A stretch of DNA of 64,000 nucleotides from an uncultured Candidatus Peribacteria bacterium (lineage in GTDB: Bacteria > Patescibacteriota > Gracilibacteria > UBA4473), in assembly GCA_964526665.1 (NCBI GenBank), contig CAZGJL010000004.1, positions 2,064 through 66,063 of the forward strand, given 5' to 3'. Of the stretch, positions 1 through 8,921 are shown in pieces. Every line of letters begins with the position of its first letter. The first letter of the stretch is position 1. The notes under the pieces were generated by a model, which was given only the letters and a program-made list of their open reading frames with translations, was not told the origin of the DNA and did no database searches. The translations under genes were made by a program, and so were the position numbers.

Positions 1-1135
1 TTTCCGGCATCCCGTCTTTTTTCATGAGAGGAAACACCGCAACTTTTACTGGAGCAATGATTGGTTTCATTTTCAAAACTACTCGCTCAGAACCATCTTC
101 TAATTTTTCTTCTGTATACGCTGCACAAATAGCCGCTAAAACTGATCGATCTACTCCAAACGTTGGTTCTAATACATGAGGAATAAATGGCTCCCCTCCT
201 TCATCACGCCATCGTAATTTTTGGCCACTAAATTTCTCATGTTGAGAAAGATCAAAATCTGTTCGATATGCCAAACCGTACAACTCTTTTTTTCCAAACG
301 GGAAATCAAACTCAATATCCACTGTTCTTTTAGAGTAATGAGATAGTTTCTCTTCTGCGTGCTCGTATTCATGACAGTTTTCTACTGGCAAACCAATGTC
401 CGTGCACCATTGTTTCATCTCGTCAAACCATTTCTCAAACAGTTCTTTCCAGTCTTTTTCATGGATAAAGTATTCAATCTCCATCTGCTCAAACTCAATT
501 ACACGGAAAATGAAATTTCCTGGAGTAATCTCGTTTCGAAAAGCTTTTCCAATCTGACCAATTCCAAAGGGAAGTTTTACTCGGGTGGAATCAATAACGT
601 TTTTGTATTCGAGAAAAATCGCCTGAGCTGTTTCTGGTCGAAGATATGCCAAAGAATCCTCTCCTGTTTTTGCCATTTCTGTACTAAACATAAGATTAAA
701 CTTTCTCACCTCTGTGAAATCTTTGATTCCACACTTAGGACATTTGATATCGTTTTCTGCAATTAGTTTTGATACATCCTTATCCTCTAGTCCTTCACAA
801 TCTATATGTAATGCTTCCTCTACGAGATGATCTGCTCGCAAACGAGCACGACAACTTTTGCAGTCAATTAACTGATCGTTAAACCCTGCCACATGTCCAC
901 TTGCTTCCCATGTTTTGGGATGAAGCAAAATAGGACCATCGATCCCTACCATGTCCTCTCGGTTGCGTACAAAACGCTGCCACCAGATGTCTTTTATGTT
1001 TTTCTTAATCTCTGAGCCGAGGGGCCCATATGTATATGAATTTGCGAATCCACCATAAATTTCTGAACTCGGGAAAATAATTCCACGACGCTTACAAAGC
1101 GACACTATTTTTTCCATTAATTTTTGATCTGCCAT
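1..1135 (-). CDS. glyQS: glycine--tRNA ligase (homodimeric GlyQS type), 3' end runs off the window
   Basis: Absent from the ORF track because there is no stop inside the window. Manual reverse translation from the ATG at 1133-1135 gives MADQKLMEKIVSLCKRRGIIFPSSEIYGGFANSYTYGPLGSEIKKNIKDIWW...GKAFRNEITPGNFIFRVIEFEQMEIEYF... and stays open to position 1. Confidence 0.9.
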   Translation of the reverse strand, partial: MADQKLMEKIVSLCKRRGIIFPSSEIYGGFANSYTYGPLGSEIKKNIKDIWWQRFVRNREDMVGIDGPILLHPKTWEASGHVAGFNDQLIDCKSCRARLRADHLVEEALHIDCEGLEDKDVSKLIAENDIKCPKCGIKDFTEVRKFNLMFSTEMAKTGEDSLAYLRPETAQAIFLEYKNVIDSTRVKLPFGIGQIGKAFRNEITPGNFIFRVIEFEQMEIEYFIHEKDWKELFEKWFDEMKQWCTDIGLPVENCHEYEHAEEKLSHYSKRTVDIEFDFPFGKKELYGLAYRTDFDLSQHEKFSGQKLRWRDEGGEPFIPHVLEPTFGVDRSVLAAICAAYTEEKLEDGSERVVLKMKPIIAPVKVAVFPLMKKDGMPE

Positions 1136-1187
1136 TTTTGTATATAAGGAACAAGACGAGTTTACTCAAATTTTCACGAAAAACCAG

Positions 1188-1216
1188 TTGAAAATATTGT
1201 AAATCTCTGGTATAAT
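1188..1216 (+). promoter_or_regulatory. sigma70-like promoter TTGAAA-17nt-TATAAT
   Basis: TTGAAA at 1188-1193 and TATAAT at 1211-1216 with an exact 17-nt spacer, about 30 nt upstream of the ATG at 1245. Confidence 0.6.
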
Positions 1217-1244
1217 CTCCTGAAACGTCAAAATAAATATACAC

Positions 1245-1811
1245 ATGAATAACACGGATCTCGCAGACATTGTAAAAAAACTAAGCGACTCAATCGCCAC
1301 AGGAAAATCATCTTTTGATGCTGCTGAAAAATGGCTTAGCGTTTTGGCTGAGTATCATGGTGTAGAAATTGATCCATTGAAATCTCGTATGCAAAACATG
1401 GAACTTAGTGCTGATGATATGGGCGAAGAACAAATATTAGAAGGACTTTTTGACGGAAAAGATATGATCACAACAGATAATCAAACTTATCCTGTCCCAG
1501 CAAATTATGCATCTAAATCAAAACTTGTAGAGGGCGACAAATTAAAACTTACAATAAAACCAAGTGGTGCTTTTGTTTATAAACAGATCGAACTTATTCC
1601 TCGAAAATTATCAACAGGAAAACTCATCCTTGATGGAACACAGTATAAAGTTTTGGGAGATATTAGAAGCTACAATGTTCTATACGCATCTGTTACATTC
1701 TTCCGTGCAAGTGTAGGAGACACGGTAACCGTAACAATCCCTGAAGACGGAATTGCTACATGGGGAGCGATAGAGAATGTTATGCCAGAGAAAGTCGAAG
1801 TCGCAGCTTAA
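1245..1811 (+). CDS. hypothetical protein
   Basis: 188-aa ORF with its own consensus promoter and a downstream hairpin. No family motif recognised. Confidence 0.6.
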   Translation: MNNTDLADIVKKLSDSIATGKSSFDAAEKWLSVLAEYHGVEIDPLKSRMQNMELSADDMGEEQILEGLFDGKDMITTDNQTYPVPANYASKSKLVEGDKLKLTIKPSGAFVYKQIELIPRKLSTGKLILDGTQYKVLGDIRSYNVLYASVTFFRASVGDTVTVTIPEDGIATWGAIENVMPEKVEVAA

Positions 1812-1814
1812 AAC

Positions 1815-1868
1815 AAACTTCAATCTTTAGCCTTCAATCTTCAAAATTAAAATTTGAAGATTTTTTAT
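1815..1868. repeat. heptad-unit intergenic repeat copy forming a hairpin with a T-run (probable terminator of 1245..1811)
   Basis: The sequence aaacttcaatctttagccttcaatcttcaaaattaaaatttgaagatttttt. Its reverse complement reads TGAAGAT/TGAAGGC/TAAAGAT/TGAAGTT units. The arms AATCTTCAAAAT and ATTTGAAGATT pair. Confidence 0.6.
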
Positions 1869-1881
1869 TTCCCTTATTTTT

Positions 1882-1917
1882 CCCCCTCTTAATGTAAGAG
1901 GGGGCTAGGGGGCGTTA
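1882..1917. repeat. solo copy of the C5/G5 hairpin repeat that also bounds the DUF559 cassette
   Basis: CCCCCTCTTAATGTAAGAGGGGG-CTA-GGGGGCGTTA. Compare the reverse complement of 58570-58607 (..AAGAGGGGG-ATA-GGGGGCGTTA) and 59023-59080. Confidence 0.7.
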
Positions 1918-1977
1918 TATATTGATATTTCCTGCATAACAAAAAATACCCTCTCGGATATCTTTTCCTCTTTATGA

Positions 1978-1994
1978 TGGCGAGAATGACGGGA
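1978..1994 (-). pseudogene. 17-nt duplicate of the tRNA-Asp 3' end (acceptor/T-arm fragment plus CCA)
   Basis: tggcgagaatgacggga is identical to 2103-2119 of the intact tRNA-Asp. The 5' two-thirds is replaced by an unrelated GC-rich segment that does not fold as a cloverleaf. Confidence 0.6.
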
Positions 1995-2102
1995 TTTGGC
2001 TTCGCCGGACGCTTCGCGTACGAACCCACCGGGTTCTCGTCCCTCCTCTGATATTTCTTAAATAATAAAAAACACCCATTTCTGGATGTTCTATTTCTTT
2101 AG

Positions 2103-2179
2103 TGGCGAGAATGACGGGACTCGAACCCGCGACCTCCGCCGTGACAGGGCGGCGCTCTAACCAGCTGAGCTACACTCTC
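2103..2179 (-). tRNA. tRNA-Asp (GUC), CCA encoded
   Basis: Manual cloverleaf: acceptor GAGAGTG/CATTCTC, D-arm GCTC..GAGC, anticodon stem CCGCC/GGCGG with loop CTGTCAC, T-arm GCGGG-TTCGAGT-CCCGT, discriminator G, then CCA. Confidence 0.93.
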
Positions 2180-2254
2180 GTACCAAATAAAGAACTTTGC
2201 TATACCAACAGCAGGCGAATTGTATGAGAAAATTTAATGTGGTCAACTTTTTTC

Positions 2255-2302
2255 TAGAAAAAAAGAAATCCTGCATAATTGTTTAAAACAATTATGCAGG
2301 AT
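2255..2302 (-). terminator. rho-independent terminator after 2321..2806
   Basis: Perfect palindrome ATCCTGCATAATTGTTT/AAACAATTATGCAGGAT at 2268-2302, followed on the minus strand by a T-run. Confidence 0.7.
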
Positions 2303-2320
2303 CATCACCATGATTCACGA

Positions 2321-2806
2321 TTAGCGATTTCTCTTTGCATACTCTTTATTTACATATTCTTTGATTTCTAAAAAGTAATCATCAATATCGTCACTCTGTC
2401 CATTCTTTGCAATGGAATCATTTATTCTTTGATTCGTATAAGCCGGCAAAGCCTTACACAATGAGGCAAAGTATGCATTCATCTCTTCTGCAGTGGCTCC
2501 AATATATTTTTCTGGAGTGAGAGATAAAAATGCTTTTTTGTCCGCTTCTGAAATTTTTGATGCACTTGAAATCTGAATGTTAGCAGCTTGCTGACGACAT
2601 TCTTCTATCAACGTATCTGGAATAAAAGATAAGACTGGACCATGTGTCTTGCCTTTCGTCATTCCCAAAAACAAAGATTGCGCTGCCTTGTTAAGAATTG
2701 CTGTCTTTTCTGTTTTCGTGACAATAACTTCGTCTCCGATACTGATAATGGCAATAAATAATATTACTGCTGCTGCTGTAATAAAAATCCATTTTAGTTT
2801 TTTCAT
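2321..2806 (-). CDS. hypothetical membrane-anchored protein
   Basis: 161-aa ORF with an N-terminal hydrophobic anchor (KWIFITAAAVILFIAIISIG). Confidence 0.6.
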   Translation of the reverse strand: MKKLKWIFITAAAVILFIAIISIGDEVIVTKTEKTAILNKAAQSLFLGMTKGKTHGPVLSFIPDTLIEECRQQAANIQISSASKISEADKKAFLSLTPEKYIGATAEEMNAYFASLCKALPAYTNQRINDSIAKNGQSDDIDDYFLEIKEYVNKEYAKRNR

Positions 2807-2995
2807 AATTCTTAGATTTTGTGTGTTAATTTATAAATAGTTTTAAACTCTCCTCTACCTGCCATAACAAGCACAGTAGAGTCTAAAACCACACGCTAAA
2901 CGATAAATCAAAGATCTATGAATATTTACTTTCTAAAAAATAGAGAGGAAATATTACATGAACACATTACATAAGAATATCAATTTGTCAATGTC

Positions 2996-3967
2996 CTACT
3001 TTCGAAATAAATCCGAACTCGTCTCCCGAATTTTATGTATATCTAAGTTTTCTACTTGCGCCTTAACACCGTCTGCTAGCGAAACAGTCGGTTTGAAGCC
3101 TAATGTTTCAGAAATTCTAGAAATATCCGCGTGCTGACCTCTTACATATGTTTCTTTTACTGGGTTTTCAATATACGTCGGTACAACATTTTTCCCCATC
3201 GCCGCATTTACCTGATCAATAATCTCATTAAATGAACACGTGTCCCCTGTTCCGATGTTAAATATTTCTGCTCCTAATTTTTTTTCTGTTTCCATTGCAA
3301 GAGTAATCCCCTGCACAATGTCCTTCACGTTGGTAAAATCTCGAAATTGGTTTCCATCACCAAAAATAACTGGTGGCTTATCTCGCGCTATATCCCATAC
3401 AAACTGAGAAATCATATTTGCATACTGCCCTTTTGCTTCTTCATTTGGTCCATAAACTGACATAAAGCGGAATCCGATGATGTCTAAGTCTTTGTGTGTA
3501 GACTGAAAGCAACGAGCCGTGTGCTCGTAGAGAAATTTTGTTACCGAATAATGATTAGGTGGCACTACTTCCTGCGTTTCTACCAATGGCATGGGGTTAT
3601 TTCCATAAAGAGAAGATGTTGAGGCGAATAAAATTTTCTTCGCTCCACACTTCAAGGCAAACTGACACACGGTTGTGAAACTCTCGACAGAATTTCTATA
3701 CGCATCAGACAATTTTTCATCCGTAAACATCGGCGCTGAACTTGTTCCTGCCAAATGAAGAATATAATCAAATCGGTCTCCGCATTTTTCTAAATCTGAC
3801 ATCTTACAGGCATCTCCTTCGATGAATGTCACTTCTGGATCCAGATTCTCAGGCGTTCCAAGAAACAAGTTATCGAGCGCTACTATGTCGTATTTTTCAC
3901 GATTAATATTGCAGAAATTGGAGCCAATAAACCCCGCTCCTCCAGTAACCAATATTTTCTGTTTCAT
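2996..3967 (-). CDS. NAD-dependent epimerase/dehydratase (UDP-sugar 4-epimerase-like SDR)
   Basis: MKQKILVTGGAGFIGSN Rossmann motif and YSVTK (YxxxK) catalytic motif. The start is moved to the internal ATG at 3965-3967; the track ORF extends to 4012. Confidence 0.85.
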   Translation of the reverse strand: MKQKILVTGGAGFIGSNFCNINREKYDIVALDNLFLGTPENLDPEVTFIEGDACKMSDLEKCGDRFDYILHLAGTSSAPMFTDEKLSDAYRNSVESFTTVCQFALKCGAKKILFASTSSLYGNNPMPLVETQEVVPPNHYSVTKFLYEHTARCFQSTHKDLDIIGFRFMSVYGPNEEAKGQYANMISQFVWDIARDKPPVIFGDGNQFRDFTNVKDIVQGITLAMETEKKLGAEIFNIGTGDTCSFNEIIDQVNAAMGKNVVPTYIENPVKETYVRGQHADISRISETLGFKPTVSLADGVKAQVENLDIHKIRETSSDLFRK

Positions 3968-4042
3968 CGCAAAAAGTATACGGATTTTGAGATAAAAAAA
4001 AAGACCCGACATTTCGGGCCTTTTTCTCTAATACTTTTCTGA

Positions 4043-4420
4043 TCAGCACAATCTCATGTAAATTCTCCTTAAAATTTCTAATTTTTTTTCATAATCTGGA
4101 CTTGTGTGCCAAACAATTAAACCTTCTGAATCTTTTAAATCTTTTAAATCTTCCGTAAATGGCCACCAGAATACATTCTGATCTCTACCATAATACTTCA
4201 GAGAAAGACCCTCTTCCACTCTTTCCAGGACTACAGTTCCTTCACCTTCAACATTAAAACAACCAAGATTAGCAACTGACTTCTTTTTCCATAACGGAAA
4301 TATCGCTCTTTCGAAATTAAGGATATTTGAGCGTGCTGCTTCATCTTTAATTAATTTTTCAATTTTCTCTGTATTAAATAATAAGAGAAAAGCTTCGATA
4401 ATTTCTTTTTTTTCTTTCAT
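4043..4420 (-). CDS. hypothetical protein
   Basis: 125-aa ORF. No motif recognised. Confidence 0.5.
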   Translation of the reverse strand: MKEKKEIIEAFLLLFNTEKIEKLIKDEAARSNILNFERAIFPLWKKKSVANLGCFNVEGEGTVVLERVEEGLSLKYYGRDQNVFWWPFTEDLKDLKDSEGLIVWHTSPDYEKKLEILRRIYMRLC

Positions 4421-4658
4421 TTTCTTTTATTTTTTATAAGTGATTATTACAATTATTAAACATCTCCTCGATCCACAATGCGAACCGTTCGAGATGCTTA
4501 ATTTTTTACTGATCGAAATGTCAGAGAACATCTCATAACATCAAAAAGCATTATGAGAATGATTGAAACATAAATGGTTTTGAAAAAAAGTCAAATTTCC
4601 GCGTTTTGCCAAACAAGAATTTCTCATTTACACTTTAGACAATTTATTATTTCTCTTC

Positions 4659-5609
4659 ATGAAAACTAAACCTCTTGGATTCTGGCGCCGATTTCTTGCT
4701 GTATTTACTCCTACATTTCTCTCAAAACTCGCACAGGATAAATCCGCTAATAAATCATGGGGTTTTTGGTTTCTGAGTACTTTTTTCTTATTGGCCTTCC
4801 CCGTCATCATAGTCTGTGTTTTGGGAATGGTATTTCTCTCAGATTTCCCCTCAAATGCCATTAATTTGATCCCGACGACAGAGGAAACTTCATTTGAACT
4901 CCCTGACGGAAATCAATACGATCTCAAAACAATTCTTCAAAATTTCGAAATCACGATAGATGAAAATTTCGAATTACAAACAAAAAATATTCCTGACCCG
5001 CTCATTGCAGTTTTTAATGAAGAAAGTGAAGAGGTTGTCTTTGTAAATACAATAGACGAAATAGATCAAACTACTACAGATGCTGTTATCCTTATTGATA
5101 CCAAAAATCGACTTGTCACCCTTGAAGACCTGGAAAAATTCCCCAATGCTTTCTTTTTATTACACGATAAATTTATTATAAAAAGTGCTGAAGAAGCAAA
5201 AACAGAAATCATTACCTTTAAGGATATGTTTGAAGGAGAAAATGCTATAGAGTCGCCTCTTCCATTTACTCTTAATTTAAATGTTATTGCTCAACAAAAG
5301 GACCTTATCACGAAAATTTTCTTTGTAATGCTTCTCTTCTTCACTGGATTTGCATATGTTGTTTTGGCTGGATTCCGTCTTGTTTCTGCGCTATTTTGGG
5401 CTCTTGTCTTTTGGGCTATTGGAGCTATTGCACAGATAAAGGATTGGGACTTCGAAAAAAGTTTTATGGCAATGTTGCATTTCTCTTTTGTAACAATGCT
5501 GCTCTTCCCTCTCGGTGCTATACTTGGCCTATCACTATTTTGGAACGCCTTCATTATCCTCGCACTTCTCTTTGGAGCCAACTTTTATGAGATGAAACGC
5601 CGCACGTAG
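4659..5609 (+). CDS. polytopic membrane protein, unknown function
   Basis: 316-aa ORF with an N-terminal TM segment, an acidic soluble middle and several C-terminal TM segments. Confidence 0.65.
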   Translation: MKTKPLGFWRRFLAVFTPTFLSKLAQDKSANKSWGFWFLSTFFLLAFPVIIVCVLGMVFLSDFPSNAINLIPTTEETSFELPDGNQYDLKTILQNFEITIDENFELQTKNIPDPLIAVFNEESEEVVFVNTIDEIDQTTTDAVILIDTKNRLVTLEDLEKFPNAFFLLHDKFIIKSAEEAKTEIITFKDMFEGENAIESPLPFTLNLNVIAQQKDLITKIFFVMLLFFTGFAYVVLAGFRLVSALFWALVFWAIGAIAQIKDWDFEKSFMAMLHFSFVTMLLFPLGAILGLSLFWNAFIILALLFGANFYEMKRRT

Positions 5610-5623
5610 GATTTAATTTGATA

Positions 5624-5660
5624 TAAAAAAAGCCCCTCGCAATGCGTGGGGCTTTTTTAA
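5624..5660. terminator. bidirectional rho-independent terminator between convergent genes
   Basis: AAAAAA-AGCCCCTCGC-AAT-GCGTGGGGCT-TTTTTT. The hairpin lies at 5631-5653. Confidence 0.7.
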
Positions 5661-5664
5661 TTTT

Positions 5665-6267
5665 TTATTCACAAGCATTCAGACAAATTCCTCCACAGTC
5701 CACACCTGTTTCATCTCCATTCTGAATGGTATCGGTACACGTCGGAACTACTACACATGCTTCACAAACTGTTCCTCCACAGTCTATTTCTGTTTCATCT
5801 TGATTCAGGATTCCATCCGCACAGGTTTCCACTAGAACAACTACACACGCGTCACATATAGCACCTCCACAATCGATCTCTGTCTCATCTTGATTGAGAA
5901 TCCCATCTTCACAGGTTTCAACCGGAACGACTACACACGCTTCACATATAGCACCTCCACAATCTATTGCTGTTTCATCTTGATTCAGAATTCCATCAGT
6001 ACATGTTTCTACTGGAACAACTACACACGCGTCACAAACACCTCCGCAATCTATCTCTATCTCGTCTTGATTCAGAATTCCGTCTTCACAGGTTGCTACG
6101 GGAACGACTACGCATGCTTCACAGACTCCTCCGCAATCTATCTCCGTTTCATCTTGATTCAGAATCCCATCCTCACATGTTGCTAGGGGAACGACTACAC
6201 ATGCTTCACAAACTCCTCCGCAATCTATCGCTGTCTCATCTTGATTTAGAATCCCGTCCTCACATGT
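5665..6267 (-). repeat. in-frame tandem coding repeat (7 units of 25-30 codons)
   Basis: Near-identical units of about 87 nt are visible on the plus strand. They generate the spurious antisense ORFs 5890..6186 and 5967..6308. Confidence 0.85.
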
Positions 6268-7881
6268 TTCATTCATCTTCGTCTCAAAATCGACAAGAAG
6301 CGTTTTAAACTCATCCCAGTCCGTGGGGTCTGTAAATACCTTTTCAAGATTCTCAAAGAATTTTTCATGCCCTACTCCTGTGTCGAGCATATATCCTTCT
6401 TCCCAAAACCATCTGCGACGAGGCGACTTGTTGTTGAAATAATTCTGTAATGATTGTGCTACAAATTCTCGATTTCCTTGAGTATTTGTTTGAGAAGAAT
6501 TCTGCAATAATTCTAATGCTCCTGCTCGAACTTCGGTAAAAGGATTCTCTTCTGTTTTTTCAGTTGTATTCAATCGAGTCATTACTGTTTCTGCATTATC
6601 TGCCCCACGAAATGCCTCCTTTATTTTTTTAGCAAAATCAGGATCAGTTTGTCCAATTACCAGAAAATTTGTTATCGGATCAAGCTGTGCCCATGCATCT
6701 GGAAAATCTTTTTTTAATCCTTCCGTTACTGATTGAATCAATACTCTTCGATTTTCTGAATTTACTCCAGAACGACGTTCTGTATCGATAAGTGCTGTTG
6801 CTTGAGCAAATGAAAGTGCTCTAAAGTCCAAAAATGTCGTATCCACTGATTCTTCAATAACTTCATTAATTACTTCTTCTAATGAAATCACTGGATCAAC
6901 TAGTGTTACGGGGTTCACTGTATCTGGTGGCAGTGTGTTTTGATGTTGCTGCACTGCTGCGACAATTTTTTCTCCTACACCCGGCAAATCTTCAGATATA
7001 GCATCTGAAACTTCCTGTGCACGATCCGGATTTGCTGCCACAATTTCCGCTGCCAATTGTAAGTCTTCAGTAGTTGTTCCCACTAATGGTTCATACAAAC
7101 TAAGCGTAATTCCATCAATTCCCTCTGCACTTACAATAAGTGGTTTCACCTGAAATGATTCTGTGTCTGCTGATTCTAATTCTTCAGGCATTTTCCCGAG
7201 TTCCAACATCTTTTTGGCAAAATCCGAAGTAGAAGAAAGATATAAATCACGTGTTAATAAGAGAAAAATTCGAGAATCACTTTTATCAAGAATAAGAACA
7301 TTTGCTCCTGTTGTTAATCCTGATGTACCAGGCAATAATTCAAATGGTAATTTTTCTGTTTGAACTCCTGCTTCAAAGGCAATCTGGTCATTAATTTTTT
7401 GAATCGCTTCCTCCGTACCAATCAAACGTGCTGCATAGGGTTTCGCTCCACCAAATCCACTTGGGATTTCAGGGAAAACAAGCCATGCATATGTAGCAAT
7501 CCATACTGGCAAAAAGATCATAAACGCCAATTTCCATCGATTAAAGAGTCGTTCCTGTTTTTCATTACGAGCTCGTGTAATTTTTGCTTTTTGCATTGGT
7601 GCCAATTTCTTTTTTGGCTGAGGCTCTGGTCCTCGAATTACTCGAGCAATTCCATATATACTCCAAATTAAAAACGGCAATACAGAAGTAATGAGTACAA
7701 ATGCAATTCCTACGAACATATAGCGCAATTGCAATAAATTAAATTCAAAACTTCCTAATTTTTTTAGATAAATATTGAAGATAACCGTTCCCAAAATATA
7801 TAAAAATGCGGAAATTCCTAAAAAATATTTTACACCGTTCCGTTCAAGAACTTCTCCGAAATGATCTTTTTTTGTTGCCAT
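5665..7881 (-). CDS. membrane protein with seven C-terminal tandem Cys-rich modules
   Basis: 738-aa ORF with N-terminal TM helices. The last 200 aa are 7 repeats of TC(E/T/A)DGILNQDE(T/I)(A/E)IDCGG(x)xC(E/D)ACVVVP. Confidence 0.8.
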   Translation of the reverse strand: MATKKDHFGEVLERNGVKYFLGISAFLYILGTVIFNIYLKKLGSFEFNLLQLRYMFVGIAFVLITSVLPFLIWSIYGIARVIRGPEPQPKKKLAPMQKAKITRARNEKQERLFNRWKLAFMIFLPVWIATYAWLVFPEIPSGFGGAKPYAARLIGTEEAIQKINDQIAFEAGVQTEKLPFELLPGTSGLTTGANVLILDKSDSRIFLLLTRDLYLSSTSDFAKKMLELGKMPEELESADTESFQVKPLIVSAEGIDGITLSLYEPLVGTTTEDLQLAAEIVAANPDRAQEVSDAISEDLPGVGEKIVAAVQQHQNTLPPDTVNPVTLVDPVISLEEVINEVIEESVDTTFLDFRALSFAQATALIDTERRSGVNSENRRVLIQSVTEGLKKDFPDAWAQLDPITNFLVIGQTDPDFAKKIKEAFRGADNAETVMTRLNTTEKTEENPFTEVRAGALELLQNSSQTNTQGNREFVAQSLQNYFNNKSPRRRWFWEEGYMLDTGVGHEKFFENLEKVFTDPTDWDEFKTLLVDFETKMNETCEDGILNQDETAIDCGGVCEACVVVPLATCEDGILNQDETEIDCGGVCEACVVVPVATCEDGILNQDEIEIDCGGVCDACVVVPVETCTDGILNQDETAIDCGGAICEACVVVPVETCEDGILNQDETEIDCGGAICDACVVVLVETCADGILNQDETEIDCGGTVCEACVVVPTCTDTIQNGDETGVDCGGICLNACE

Positions 7882-7982
7882 GTATGTATTTCAAAAGTAC
7901 TTGTACCCTACAAATTCTTTAAAAAAATTCAAGTATTCCTCTTCCTTTTGAAGATAAATGACTCAAAATTGAAGATTTCCTA

Positions 7983-8426
7983 CTACTTCTTTAATTTTTT
8001 CTTAATTACCTTTACGCTCTTCTTAACATCTTTTTCGAGTTCATTTTTAAATTTAGTTGCTTTTTTTATTGTCGTCTTTTTTACTTTTTTTGCAGCTGCT
8101 GCAGCTTGTACTCCTAGCTCTGCTAATTCCTCACTCACTGTATCTGCCGCGGCGCCTCTCACTATTTTTGACTGCTCCATTAAATCGTCAAAATATTTGT
8201 GTGCTTCCTTTAATAAATTCTGTACTTCCTCTGAATTTTCTGCCCAATCTGTAGCTTCTTTTCCTGATTCTGATGCAACATTTTTTAATTCTCCTAACAA
8301 GTCCTTCCCTGGATTCTTTGATCTTTTGAGGTCAGAACGCAGTTTCTTTCCTGATTTTTGAGCAAAAAATACTCCATACAATGCTCCTAGTGATACCGAA
8401 AACAAAAATCCGAATAATCGTTTCAT
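7983..8426 (-). CDS. YtxH-domain protein
   Basis: N-terminal FGFLFSVSLGALYGVFFAQKSGKKLRSDL matches the YtxH pattern. The rest is Lys/Glu-rich and helical. Confidence 0.65.
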   Translation of the reverse strand: MKRLFGFLFSVSLGALYGVFFAQKSGKKLRSDLKRSKNPGKDLLGELKNVASESGKEATDWAENSEEVQNLLKEAHKYFDDLMEQSKIVRGAAADTVSEELAELGVQAAAAAKKVKKTTIKKATKFKNELEKDVKKSVKVIKKKLKK

Positions 8427-8456
8427 TTTTTAAAACTATAAAAATAACAACTCCGT

Positions 8457-8485
8457 TTTACAACAGGACAAAAATTTTGTAAACT
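8457..8485 (+). promoter_or_regulatory. putative promoter TTTACA-17nt-TAAACT
   Basis: -35 at 8457-8462, TG-extended -10 at 8480-8485. It shares the 12-mer GTAAACTCCGTC with the tRNA-Leu promoter. Confidence 0.4.
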
Positions 8486-8521
8486 CCGTCAGCAAAATTC
8501 TCTTGCTAAATTTACACTAAA

Positions 8522-8917
8522 ATGTCTAAATCTTCTACCGTTGTTGTCCTTTGTGGATCTGAAAGTGACTTTCCTTTTGCGGAAAAAATTGTTACTCCTT
8601 TGAAAGAAAGTTTCACAGTAGAGCTAATTGCTGCCTCCGCACACAAAGAACCACAAAAAGTTCTTGAAATCATTGAACGATTTGAAACGGAAGAACGGGT
8701 TATATTTGTAACTATTGCTGGTCGAAGTAATGCCTTATCTGGGTTTGTTGGAGCTAACTCACGACACGTGACTATTGCCTGTCCACCCTTTTCAGGAAAA
8801 GATGACTATCTCGTAAACATCCATTCAACACTTCAAATGCCGAGCAAAACACCGGTATTAACGGTTATTGATCCCGGAAATTGCGTTCTTGCTGTCAAAC
8901 GAATATTAAACTTATAA
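8522..8917 (+). CDS. purE: PurE-family (AIR carboxylase / N5-CAIR mutase-like) protein
   Basis: VVVLCGSESD, SAHKEP and IAGRSNALSGFV follow the PurE GSxSD/SAHR/AGxAAHLxG pattern. At 131 aa it is short. Confidence 0.7.
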   Translation: MSKSSTVVVLCGSESDFPFAEKIVTPLKESFTVELIAASAHKEPQKVLEIIERFETEERVIFVTIAGRSNALSGFVGANSRHVTIACPPFSGKDDYLVNIHSTLQMPSKTPVLTVIDPGNCVLAVKRILNL

Positions 8918-8921
8918 TCAA

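Noticed and set aside
1978-2050. Second functional tRNA upstream of tRNA-Asp
   Set aside because: An acceptor-like pairing (GAGGAGG/CATTCTC, one mismatch) is possible. However, no D-arm, 7-nt anticodon loop or T-loop can be formed. It was treated as a fragment plus an unrelated GC-rich segment.
5890-6308. Plus-strand ORFs 5890..6186 and 5967..6308 (98 and 113 aa)
   Set aside because: They lie antisense within the tandem Cys-rich repeat of 5665..7881. Their periodic low-complexity sequence is a by-product of the repeat, not independent genes.
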